NCBI RefSeq assembly: GCF_009834535.1
Contig: NC_045697.1
Span: forward strand, 41,604,001-41,668,000
DNA: 64,000 bases
Origin: Camelus ferus
Lineage: Eukaryota
Reading direction: 5' to 3'
Both the position numbers and the translations under genes were made by a program. The notes under the pieces were generated by a model, which worked only from the letters and a program-made list of their open reading frames with translations, had not been told where the DNA came from and did not search any database. Numbering within the stretch: the first letter of the stretch is position 1; the number at the start of each line of letters is the position of its first letter. Of this stretch, positions 12,401 through 24,400 are shown one piece after another.

Positions 12401-14835
12401 TACACACATGCATTTTGTGTATATGGGATGTATATCTTTTGTTTTTCACAAAAGTTTAAAAAATTATTTCTGGTCATCCTTCATTTAGTGGTCTATAGCA
12501 ACAAGCTATTGTGCAGACAAATAATGTAAGGTTTAAATTTCCAGGCATGTTCAGCAGAACCTTGGGTGTTCACATATTCTTAGTCCATCACCTTCTTTAG
12601 TAAGTGGATACCAGTGAGTATAGTGATCCTGCCTAGCAGTGTCCCATCAGCTTGGTCACATTAAGGGTTCGATAGGCTGAAGAGAAGTCTAGAATTCCTG
12701 TGCTTGTGGCTTTTTTTTTTCTATTTAATATGTGTGTGTGTCCACTGAGGAGGACAGGGATAGAAAACATTCTATAAGAAACACTTTGGTACAGGAAACT
12801 GAGTCAGTTACAGCACGTTATCTATGGCTCCTTCCTTGGCCCAGCACCTGATGCTGTGGGTATTTTGTTTTGGCACTGTAGGTACAGATGCATACGTGTT
12901 TGAACCTAGTTTGCTTCCAAATAGGATTTAAAGTGGTGGAAAAACATAGATGTGACTTAATATCCACCTAGCAAAAGGGAACTGAGGGAACGGTGGTAAT
13001 CGTGCCCCTCAGAGTAGAGTTTCTTTAAGGGTAGTGATAATGGATAAGGCAGATAGTCTACGCTGTCGACTGAAGAACTCCTCCATGCCTTAGTAGAGGG
13101 GGAAGAAAAAGGGGTTTTCTTGGTGGTTTGTTTTTTTTAATTGTGGAACATAGTTTCAATCTTTGCCATCTGATTTCCACATAGTACTAGTAAGTAGCAT
13201 TACTGTGTGTAGGCCAGGGCATTCATCGAAAACCAAACCAAACACAACAAACCAACAGAACCAAAAAACAACCCCTCAGAAATCTCTGCTTTGTTCAAGT
13301 GCTCAAAAAAATTACTGATAATAATGCCAAGTAGAGTCATATTCATAGAGCAGTTATCATTCATGGAATATTCTTCAAATAATAATAGTTTCTATGTGCT
13401 TTAAAAAATGGTTTATGGAAAGTCCCCTCTTTTTAATGTGCTCATTTTTATTAAAAAAAAAGACATTATTGACTCACTGATGCAGCTTTTCTCATCTTGA
13501 TGATGAATTGGAGCTCCTCCATTTAGACTCTGATTTAATCACCCTTGAAATAATGGCACACACTTACAAAATGACTGGCAAAGGTTAGGGGATATCTGTA
13601 GACATATACCAGAACAAAAGAGATTGAACTTTGGCAATGTTAGGGTACATGATGATAAGATATTCAGTATCTTTATATTGCTGATTAAGATTAGGAGGGA
13701 AATTTATTAAGTAAATTATCTGAATTATGTAAAATATTTGCACATTTAAATATTGATTCAACTATAGATACTTTAAAATACCTTATATTATCATGTTCAG
13801 TCATTATAGTTATAAATACACTTACATCTGAGAATAATTGAATTTTTCATTGTGTTTTATCAATGATAATATTTAACTTTTTCTCACAGAATCTTGGTTT
13901 ATTCATCTGTTCGGAGATAATATCAGTATCTCACAGGACTCAAAAAGTATAAAACAAACTAGATACGTGAAATTAACTTATAAATCTGATATTGTCATGA
14001 CTTTTAGTAGATTCAAGGAAGGTAGACTTAATGTTACTCTTTTCTATCAACAGAAAATTGCAAAAGGTTAACATTTGTAACAGTTGCTTAATCTTCAGAC
14101 TGTGCATATTGTTTGCATATTACAGATGAGAATATGGGATTTAAAAAATGACTTAACTAATGCTCGGTGATTGAGTCTGGTAAAGAAGCATCTGGCCTTT
14201 TCCATTCCTGTCTTTCAATCTGAGCTTCAGTTAAACAAGGTTATTTACAGTATTTATACAAATTTTAAATATTATTTTTTAAATTTGCAGTATGGCTACA
14301 CAGACCTAGCTAACCATCTTTAAGTACAAAATTTGGATGGACATATTTTATAGTAATGAGGTTGACGGTATGAAGAGAGATGGGGGATCAGACTTCCTGA
14401 ATAACACAAAAGAGACTTGATCAATGGGTCCCCGATGATGATTTTATTTTGTTTCTGGAGACATCACTCATCATCCTGTGGCACATTTCTCTTCTTGGAG
14501 CTCTTAATGAGCCATTACACTAAATGGTGCAGCTTTAATCACACACTTCCATTTAGCCCCCCGACCAGTGGACATGTACTACTTCTGGAAAATCAGTACA
14601 TTTTGTGTCCCTTTTATTTTCCGTTAATTGTACCATTTAGACCCTTAACTGCAACCTTATTGATTGATACAAGGCGCACTTAGCTTCAAATACTGCCTTT
14701 TATATGGGTAAGATGGTTGAGGTTGAATAGGTCCAATGCAATAGGACAGAATGAGACAGTGTATTCTTCTTCTACACTTCAGTGTTATTCTTGGCCCTGC
14801 TGCGTAGCCCCAGATATTTACTTGCTGTATTTCTT

Positions 14836-14952
14836 TTTTAAAAATTATATGTATATATGTACTTTTTTTTTAAGGTGGAGGTACTGGGGATCGAACCCCG
14901 GACCTTGTGCATGCTAAGCATGCACTCTGCCACTGAGCTATGCCCTCCCTGC
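14836..14952 (-). mobile_element. tRNA-Ala-derived SINE (camelid vic-1-like)
   Basis: The reverse complement GGGAGGGCATAGCTCAGTGGCAGAGTGCATGCTTAGCATGCACAAGGTCCGGGGTTCGATCCCCAGTACCTCC has A and B boxes and an A-rich tail. 17-bp TSD TACTTGCTGTATTTCTT at 14819-14835 and 14953-14969. Confidence 0.9.
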
Positions 14953-16597
14953 TACTTGCTGTATTTCTTCATTAATGATTAAGACTTGTAAATATAACCT
15001 TTTTTTCCTTCACAGAGAAAATGTGGACTTTGAGAAATCATGGGGAGGAGTTTAATGGTAGTATATTTGCAGGAAAAAACATTATAACTGCCAGTGCAAT
15101 GACTGATGCTAGAGGGATTGGTAGTATAAAATCCTAACAGCTATATTTGGTTTTGCAAAGTATTATGCAGATTTATTCTGAATTCTGTCTTTCTTCAGTA
15201 AATTTTTAATTAACTTATATCCCTGTAGTTAAAATTGACAGCAAGAGTTTGTAACCCAGAAGCATTTTTCTTGGCAGAAGGAAAAAATAGTCATTTAACT
15301 TCCATAGATGATTATTTACTTACAGGTAATTGCGTCTTCTCTGTAAATCAGTTATTGATATAAAACTAATGTCCTTAAAGGTAGAAATATAAGTAAACAA
15401 ATTATTTATTTTTTCAGTTTCTACTTCAAGCCCAAAGATTAAATGGTTAAGTGACACTGATTCTTATTTCTTTTAGAACCTGTCTTCAAGGGCATCAGTA
15501 GATATTTTCATTGCAGACATAAAGTTAGTTTATGGTTCATGTACTCTTTTGCCAGATGCATAAATCTTGATTGTTAGGATTAAACTGCATTCATGGTTAC
15601 ATTAAAAAAAAATAACCTATAACCCAAGCACAAATACCTAAAGGCTTAATCCTGCACTGTCCAAAGCATCTTGGAAAAGCCAACATTCCTCACAGAAAGG
15701 AGGCAGTGTCTTCAATTAAATTATGCTAAGTAACAGATAGCAATGGCTGTTCTTCAGATTCCAGAAGCCGTTCTCATTTACTGCTCTAAGAAACCTGTCC
15801 ATTCTATCTGTAGACTAAGATGACTTAAAAGAAAAACAAAAGGAGAGAAGGTAGGTGTTAAAAATATTGTAACTAAAAATACCAAGGCTTCGAGGAGCTT
15901 TTTCATAAAGCTCAGAGGGAAGGTACTTGGCCTCTGTCTCTACAGAGTCATGCTTCTGGCTCATTACAGCATCATATTCTGTTTATAGTGTGAGCTGTCT
16001 TGCTAATCATGGATTTGAATGTGGAAGCTGAGGACAAAGGAGGACATCTTTTAGAAGTTCGAGTGACAGCCCTATCATTCCCTCGTTCTGCTCTCTATTC
16101 CTGGATTCGTTAAATTTATATAAAGTATTTGACCTCGTCAAGTGAATTTCACTGTACATGTCCAAGTTATGAGTCCAGTTTTGAACCACTGCATTTTAAG
16201 CTTCTCTGTTTGATGGAGGAGTCAGTCACTATCAGAGAGAAAATTTTGCCACTTCATTTGACATGCGGTTTCTTTTATTTAAAGACACATACTTTACAGT
16301 CCTCTTAGCTATGCTCTTCTTCATCTATATTTACTTTTATTTTTTATCATTAAAAATGTTTTCCACAGAAGATTTTAATCCATAAAATCAAGTTTTTACT
16401 CCCAATCCAGGGAGATACAATGTTAAATATATTATTTTTTTTTCCTTTGAGCTCATCTGGGACTGGAAAATATGGCTGGGGAAAATGTGCCCTTTTTCAG
16501 GGCACATAGATGATGGAGTGTGTAGGGGCTAAACCCCAGGCTGCCCTTCACCTGCCAAACAGTGTGCACTGGTGACCCCTTTACTCAGAGGAGCTGC

Positions 16598-17061
16598 TTT
16601 TTTTTTTTTCCCAACTGAAGTATAGTCAGTTTATAATGTGTCAATTTCTGGTGTACAGCATAATGTTTCAGTCATACATATACATAGATATATTTGTTTT
16701 CATATTCTTTTTCATTATAGGTTACTACAAGATATTGAATATAATTCCCTGTGCTATTCAGAAGAAACTTGTTGTTTATCTATTTTATATATGCTAGTTA
16801 ATATTTACAAATCTAGAACTCCAATTCATCCTTTCCCACCCTCTTTTCCCCTGGTAACCATAGGTTTGTTTTTTATGTCTGTGAGTCTGTTTCTGCTTTG
16901 TAAATAAGTTCATTAATGTCTTCTTTTTCCCTTTTTTAGATTCCACATATGAGTGATATCATATGGTATTTTTCTTTCTCTTTCTGGCTTACTTCACTTA
17001 GAATGACATTCTCCAGGTCCATCCATGTTGCTGCAGACATAATTTTATTCTTTATCATGGC
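16598..17061 (-). mobile_element. L1 3' end (ORF2 tail plus 3' UTR)
   Basis: T-tail, then gaagtatagtcagtttataatgtg ... agattccacatatgagtgatatcatatggtatt ... gtccatccatgttgctgca. Confidence 0.9.
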
Positions 17062-17439
17062 ATCACACCTGAACTGATATTGAATGACTGAACTTTAGAT
17101 TTCAGGTGACCAACAAGAGAAAATTAATTTAACTAGCGAAAATATAAGTTGGAGAGTAACTAGTATGTAGTGAAAATCTAGTTAATTTTACATTTTAAAT
17201 AATTCATTGGCATGGAGATTTAAGCAGAAGGAAAGAAACAGAGAGGAAAATTATAAGCCAGATTATTGTCACACGTTAACATTGTCCCTTCTCTTACCTC
17301 CTGTCTCTGCCTGTATCTACTTATAGACGTGAATCTTTAAAGGCTCCCCTGTTCTCTGAGCCCGTCCTTCTCCTGCTGGATTAACATTTTTCCTCCTTAG
17401 CCTGGAACCATGAAGATTTTAAAGAAAGTCTCAGATACT

Positions 17440-17790
17440 CTATTTTCTTAACCTCCCTGCCCTCTGCAGCTCTCTGTTCTCCAAACCCTCATTCACATCA
17501 GCCCAACTGTTTGCTCCTGCTGAAGCCTGAGCCCAGCTGGGGAAATCGCACAATCAGGCTGATTTCCTCCATTATAAGTGTATGAGCCTCATCTTCAGCT
17601 GGGCCCTCGTTGCTACTTAGCAATCCTTTTACTTACGTGTCTCATCAGCTCCCTATCCCATTTCCCTTGGTGGCCGTTACAGTCCTTTCACAATTTTTGT
17701 TGCAAGCTCTGAGTGAGTGAGCTCCAATTCACCCGCTCTGTTCTTTGCAGGAGGCTTGCCTCCTACTTCCTGGAGAAAACAGATGGCCAC
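17440..17790 (+). mobile_element. L2 LINE remnant
   Basis: cagctggggaaatcgcacaatcaggctgatt ... cttgcctcctacttc; similar to 32900-33190. Confidence 0.55.
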
Positions 17791-18404
17791 AGGCATGTGA
17801 GCTCTCAATTTCCCCTTCCACCTCCTGACTCTGTCTGCAATCTTCCCTGCCGAATTAGTTCCTCCATGAGGAGCTCCCCGAGGCAGTCACCCACCAGAGT
17901 TCTTAATTCCACCCTCTGCCCCTGGGCTCTGTCAGTTGCTCCCCGTCTTGTGTCAGCTGTCTCTTCTCCTCCAGCAGCTGCTTCTGATAGAAGACCTCCC
18001 ACCCTATTCTCATGTAACAGAAGTTATTTAGAATGTCCCTGCCCCCTCAAGTTTGCCCCTCTCTGACTCTCTTTCCTCATTCTCAGTAGTCTGAATTTAG
18101 TGCCTATTTAAATTCTCATTTCACAGATAGTCCCAATTCTATTACCATCGCTGTTCTGATGGAATAGGATGCCATGGAGAAGGCCATTGACCTCTAAGTG
18201 ATTAATAATCCATTGGCTTCTTTTTTAGCCCCCAATGTTTTACTTCTCTGTAATGTTTGGAAATGTTAAGTATTCACTGAATTCTTCTTGAATGTCATCT
18301 TCCTTTGATTTTTCAAGCTGGGAATTTTCAAAATCTGCCCTTTGTTTGAAATTGGATGAACTGGCCAGCAAGCACATGAAGGGCAGCATAACATAGTGGG
18401 AAAG

Positions 18405-18765
18405 GACACAAATGAACTTATTTATAAGACAGAGAAAGATTCACAGACATAGAGAACAAACTTACAGTTTCCCAGGAGGGAAGGAGCAGGGCATGGAGAG
18501 ATAAATTGGGTTTTCAAGATTTGCAGTTATTATTATACATAAAACAGATAAACAACAAGGTCCTACTGTATAGCTCAGGGAACTATATTCAATATCTTGT
18601 AATGGCTATAATGAAAAAGACAATGAAAAAGAATACATATATATATATATGTATAAATGAATCACTATGCTGCACACCGGAAACTAATGCAACATTGTGA
18701 ATTGACTATACTTCAGTTAAAACAACAACAACAACAAACACCCCAGAATTGATTGAAAAAAAAAG
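18405..18765 (+). mobile_element. L1 3' UTR fragment inserted into a MIR
   Basis: acaaatgaacttatttataagacag ... aattgactatacttca with an A-rich tail. MIR-like sequence flanks both sides (18382-18404 and 18766-18945). Confidence 0.85.
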
Positions 18766-19529
18766 AACGCAGACTCTGGCCAGGCTGCCTGGTTGGGATT
18801 CTGGTTCACCCTCACCTGTGTGACCTCAGTTACTTCATCTGAATATGGGGCAAGTACAAATATGCATGTATAGATTTATTGTTAAAACAAACTAAACTAG
18901 TTAATACAGTGCCTGGCTTTAGTAAGTAGCCAATACATGTTCGTTTGCACTAGTGTTAGCTGGCCTGGGTCATGGCCACTTTCTAAGGGATTGGCTAGAT
19001 GGAGAGCTGTCTTTTATAATGTAATGCTCAGAGAGACAGTAAAATAATCGAATCCAAAGTTCCTGAAGGCAAGACTAGAACCAGGAGCCAGAGCAAGATG
19101 AGCCAGAAAGGCAGGTACTAATTCTCAATCCTAATGAAGTGGAGATTCTAAATAAGAGATGGCGGCAAATGCCAAGAACCAGTAGAGAACTGGTTCACGT
19201 GGGAGACACTTAGGAACAATGGAATGAATCTAGGACAAGTGTCATGAATATTATTAGCTGGTGCGTGAGTGGCAATCATGTTAAACTGGGTTGAAGTTAA
19301 CTGTTTCCCGGTTCCTTCCTACTCCTATAACCAAGAATTATCCGTCTCTTTTATTGGTCTTTATCCATTTTTCAAATATTTGTATGTTTTAAAAGTTCTT
19401 CCTCCCTTGTCTTTTCATTTCCCTTCACAGTTCGATGCCTAATGTCTTCTACATTTGTATCATTCTGGCTACACCTTATCTCTTTTTTATTGATATAAAG
19501 TATATTTAATGATCTACTTCAAATATACA

Positions 19530-19752
19530 TTTTTATTGAGCTGTAACAGACATGTAGCAGTATATTAATTTCAGGTATACAGCGTAATGATTCTGTATCT
19601 GTGTATACTGCAAAATGATCATCGCAATATGTCTAGTTAACATCTGTCACCATACATAGTTACAAAAATATTTTTCTTGTAACGAGAACTGTTAAGACCT
19701 ACTCTCTCTGCAACTTTCAAATATGCAATAGAGTATTATTACCTGTAGTTAG
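19530..19752 (-). mobile_element. L1 3' end (L1MA9-like)
   Basis: ctagttaacatctgtcacc, gagaactgttaagacctactctc, caactttcaaatatgcaata; similar to the reverse complement of 36870-36940. Confidence 0.75.
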
Positions 19753-20059
19753 AAATGTAGGCCATCTAGTCAGTGATCTGAGGAGCCAGGCTGTTGAAGG
19801 CTCTGACATAGTCACGTGGTGGCATCTAAGTTCTCCAAAGAACAGAATGGGATAAGAGCATGGAGGAACTTTTATTGGACAGGCCCAGACGCGATGTGCT
19901 TTCCTCTGTTTACATTCCACTGGCTAGAACTCAGTTCCATGGCCACCCCTGACTGTCGAGGAGGCCAGAGATGTCACCTAGGAGGAGGACTAGGATTTGC
20001 AGGATTTTTCCTATGTAAATGTCTGTCGTCCCTGAATCCAGTGTCAGTGCCTCTCTGAC

Positions 20060-20256
20060 ATGCTTCCACATCACCCTCTGTTTTCTTTGTCAAATCATCA
20101 TCACACTATTTTTATATTGTTTCTTTTCAGTGTCTCAGTTCCCACTAGACTATGAGCTCCTTACAGGCAGAGACTGTCAGGCTTGCTCCCAGTGGTATTT
20201 CTGAAGCTTAGCACAGCTCCTGGCACAGACTAGGCACTTAATAAATGTTTATTGAT
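20060..20256 (+). mobile_element. L2 3' end
   Basis: ccactagactatgagctcct ... ggcagagactgtc ... cctggcacagactaggcacttaataaatgtttattga. Confidence 0.8.
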
Positions 20257-20629
20257 ATTACTCTCCCTGTTTCCTCTTCGTCAGCTCCTGCTCACTCCCC
20301 AACTCACTGGAACCCACTTCTGTGCGCACTGCTCCATGCTAAGTTACCAGTGACCAGATGCCATAGATGGCAAGCTCTCTTCTGTCTCTGTCTTCCTTGG
20401 TTTGGCATTTGCCATTTCATCGTGGTACTCTCTTCAGGGTTTGCGTCTGAGTTTTTCAACGTTACCTTCTCCATTTAAGTGGACTCCTTTTCTGTAAAAT
20501 TGCCTTGCAAAGGAGAGCTCTTGGATGTTACGTGATGCAGCCTTACCGATAAAGGGAAGAGTATATTTTTAGAAACAGGTAGAGTGTACCCCATCAGAGA
20601 GGAAATGCTGGATGCTGGAGGTCGGGTGT

Positions 20630-20840
20630 GTGAAGAGGAAGAGTGAGAGAGAGAGATGCAGAGGAGTAGAGAAAAGGATAGAGACGGAGATGCAGAAACA
20701 GAAATACAAGAGAGAAACACATGACAGATACACAAAAGGAAGAGGGAGAGAAGAGATGGAGCGACACAGGGACACAAAGCAGGTTGAGAGACACCCAGAG
20801 AAGAACAGAGACAGAGAGGCAGAAAATACCAGAGAGTGGA
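20630..20840 (+). repeat. GA-rich low-complexity tract
   Basis: About 210 bp dominated by A/G with degenerate (GA)n and GAGACA units; it explains the four overlapping spurious ORFs. Confidence 0.85.
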
Positions 20841-21597
20841 AACATAATTTGTTACAGGACAATTTCTGAGGAAGCAGGAAGATACTAATGAAATTAGCTT
20901 TGAACAGAGGCAATAATTCTTCATGAAAGAGCAAAATTGAGGGAAATGCTTTTTCTCTCTTTTTTGTTTACAGTGAAACATGTTTAATATAACATTTCTT
21001 CACTAATGTTGCTTTACTCTCAAATAGAGGTAGAGATTTGAATGGAGTCTTTTGACCATACAGCCTTATATGAAAAGGCAATTGAAAGGAAAAGCAGGAC
21101 AAAAGAGAATAGCATTACTCACAGAGCAATTCTCATGAAACTGCCACTTCTCTGTTTCTTGGCACTTTGAGGAGGATGGAACCTATTGGCTGAAGTGCCT
21201 CATCAGTGATACGTTTTCTTGGTAAATATGGTAACAGGTAGGGACTAGAAACGTGGACTCAGCTGCCATGTCCTTAGCATACAGATTATCGCATGGTGTT
21301 CGTAGACCTTTGCTTCTTCTACAGCTCACTGTAAGCTTTGAATATCTATATTTGTTTGCTTTGTCCTGAAACCAGACATGAAGTTTCTAGATGAGAGGCA
21401 GAGTGTTGTTACTCACAGCAATAACTGCATCAGTTACCTGTGCTCCCTTCTCCCCTTTCAGGGCTGTGCTGGAAGAGCCAGAGGTTCTCCTCTACAAGCC
21501 AAGGGGTTTTTACACCACCAGGAAGAAGAGATTATGAATCTTAGAGTTTATAATATAGGAAATGCTACACAGCTGCCACCTCTTCCTTCTGAGAGGT

Positions 21598-21628
21598 AGA
21601 GATAGATAGACAGACAGACAGACAGACA
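21598..21628. repeat. (GATA)/(GACA)n compound tetranucleotide repeat
   Basis: agagatagatagacagacagacagacagaca. Confidence 0.88.
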
Positions 21629-23671
21629 GGTCTAACATTCCTAATATGAACAGATCTCCTCTGGGAAGGGAAAGGAAAGGTCTCTATTTTACAATTCTTT
21701 GGAATATAAAGGGATAGCTCCCCTGGCCCCTCAGGAAAATCTAATAATGCAGAGACATAAATAGACCTCAATGAGGTACATACTATTATTTACATTAATA
21801 ATATAAAATTCTAGCCTTATAAAGACATAACACTTCTAGAACCAAATAACTTTGTAAAATGACTATTTAAAAATAATTTTAAAATAACGTGCTGGTTTTT
21901 AACATTCCTCATTTAACTAGAATGTAAGATCTTTTACTATTTTAATTAAATTAATTTATAAATACGCATGGTATGGCTATATATTTACACTTAATGTTTT
22001 GTATGCGTAAATAAAAAGAATCCCTTTAAACTTAACACCAGAAGAAAAGGGACCAGTGATTCGGTACTGCTTTACAGATATATTGCTAACTTCTATTGTG
22101 TGCACTCAAACATATTTATTGGTAACTTAGTTTGGAACACAATAATATCACAAACAACACAGTTGAAATTCAAAGCTATTTTCATCCAATTTAACAAGCT
22201 TAGCACCTAATAACTATTTTCCTTGGTTATCAAAAAACATGTCAGGGGAACTTAAGCTTTGCCAATAAAAGAATTTTTAAAATATGAAATATATCTTTGG
22301 AAAGTTGGAAGAAAGTGCATTAATAAGATTGAAAAGGAAAGCTACTCTTTACTTTTGTTTCCATGTCTGTTTCCTCATAGTGCCTTGAAGTCAGGACCCA
22401 CATATGTTTCACCAAGTTCACTTACTTATTTCCTGCCTAATATATTCCAGGCACCATGCTAGTTGCTGGACCTACTGTCATAAGCAAAAGTTTCAATTTC
22501 CAAATTATTGTCTAGTACATAGGACCCAGTTATAGATGTCTGTGTTAGAGAGGCTATACCTAAAGATACTCTAAAAGAGAGACACAAATTGCCGTGGCTG
22601 AAACACTTCTCTCTCCCATAAAAACCTGAGCTGCCAAGCGGTCCAGCGGATAGGGCAGTTCTGTTTCACAGGGTGATCCAGAGACACGGGAACCTTGACA
22701 GTGTCGCTCTGTTCTTGCCCCCACGGCCAAAGCTACTAGGGCCACATTCTGGTTCGTGGGAAGAGATAAAAAGCAAGTGACCTGACCTATCTGTAAAGCT
22801 ATGACCCAGAAATTGAGTGTTTTGCTCTGTTCCCATCCATCATCCTGAACCTGATCACAGAGTTACATCTGGCTGCAAGGAAAGCTGGGGATTAGATTTT
22901 TTGCTGAATGCCATGTGCCTATCTAAAGTAGGGAGGTTCCTACAACTATGAAAGGAAGGGGATGGATCTTGGGGACCATTAGTCTCTGAAACAGTTCCTG
23001 GATCCGATAATTGATATTCAGATCCTCTTCTTGTTCCTCTGACTTTGACTTGTGGGCCCTGCTTCAAATCAGTGTGGGTTTTAGTTCTTGATCTCTCTAA
23101 ATTGTGTCCCAGCCAGCTGTATTATGTGGATTAGGGCCAAACAAGAAATGCCACGATATAACAAATTATATGATAAATAAATGGACTAGTGTCCTGCTAG
23201 TCTGATGCAGTCACTCTGTCTCCTTCACCCTGTTTCCTCAAAATATTCCTCACTGTCTGGAACACAAGAGGCACTGGAAAAAACTTCATTGAATCAATAA
23301 TGAATGAATAAATGGCATGTGTTGTAGTAATGGCTGTGACTAATATTCCTTTTTTTCCTTATTTTATTTTTGTTCAACTCTGAATCACATTTTTTGGGAC
23401 AGGAAGAGAACCAGGCATAGGGCTTTTAACTTGGCTCTGAAAGTTTAGGATAAAAGTTATTGTTTTCATTTCTTTTGTCTTCTGTTCTATAATAACTAAC
23501 CATGATGTTTGAGGACAATCATCTAGTTAAAATATGTGAAATTATAGGAAAGAACACATATCATCTAACTGCCTATTTTGCAGATAGAAAACTGGGGCCT
23601 AGATAGAGAAATGTTTGCCAGTTGTCATGTAAGTTATTTATATTACAGCCTTTGATTTTTAATTCCGTATT

Positions 23672-23793
23672 ATTTTTTTAATTTCTAAATTTTATTGAAG
23701 TATAGTCAGTTTACAATGTTGTGTCAATTTCTGGGGTACAGCATAATGTTTCAGTCATACATATACATACGTACATTCACCTTGTTCTTTTTA
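23672..23793 (-). mobile_element. Short L1 3' end
   Basis: ttttattgaagtatagtcagtttacaatgttgtgtcaatttctggggtacagcataatg. Confidence 0.82.
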
Positions 23794-23900
23794 ATATTGA
23801 ATCAATCCATTGATTCTGAACTTTTAAGTGCCTGATGTCTGTTAGATCTGAGGCTCACACGCAAATCAGCTGCCTCTAAATCAAGTGCACACTCTTCCTG

Positions 23901-24092
23901 GGTCGTTCTCAAAGTGTGGTTCCTTGGCCTGCAACATCAGCATCCATCTCTCCTGGGAACTTGTTTGAAATGCAGATTCTTGTGTTCCACCCCAGACTCA
24001 GGATCTCAGAATCTCTGAGGTCCCAGCCCAGCAGTGGGTTTTAACAAGACCTCCAGGTGATTCTGATGCTCACTCCAGTTTCAGAGTCACTG
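23901..24092 (+). mobile_element. MER5A hAT MITE
   Basis: gttctcaaagtgtggttcc ... cctgggaacttgtttgaaatgcagattct ... ttttaacaagacctccaggtgattctgatgc ... cactg. Confidence 0.85.
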
Positions 24093-24164
24093 TCGTGCCT
24101 TCACAGGACAGTATGTATTAAGCATGTATTAAGACATTATGTGATATAGACACCCAATCCCAAA

Positions 24165-24400
24165 GCTACCAATTACTGGGAGCCTACGATGTGCCGTTCT
24201 CTGTGCTAGATACTGTGTGCATCTCGTCTCATTTAGTCATCACGGTAGTCTAGCAAAACTGTTATTGCTGTCTGTATTTGATGAATGGACTGCTCAGGCT
24301 TAGTGAGGTTGGCACCCCCCATACCCATAATCAGATATCGGCAGGGATGAGATCTTTAACTCATATTGTCTGACTCCAATGACGATGTGTTTTCTAGAGC
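24165..24400 (-). mobile_element. MIR SINE
   Basis: gagcctacgatgtgcc ... tctcatttagtcatcac ... aggcttagtgaggtt ... tgtctgactcca. Confidence 0.65.

Noticed and set aside
14870..14950. Possible tRNA-Ala gene (also near 43670-43737 and 58540-58595)
   Set aside because: A-rich tails, TSDs, diverged stems and multiple copies identify these as SINEs.
20475..20981. Longest ORF in the track (168 aa, minus strand) and its overlapping ORFs
   Set aside because: They arise from the GA/CT low-complexity tract, which lacks stop codons. The product is S/L/C-rich with no recognisable domain.
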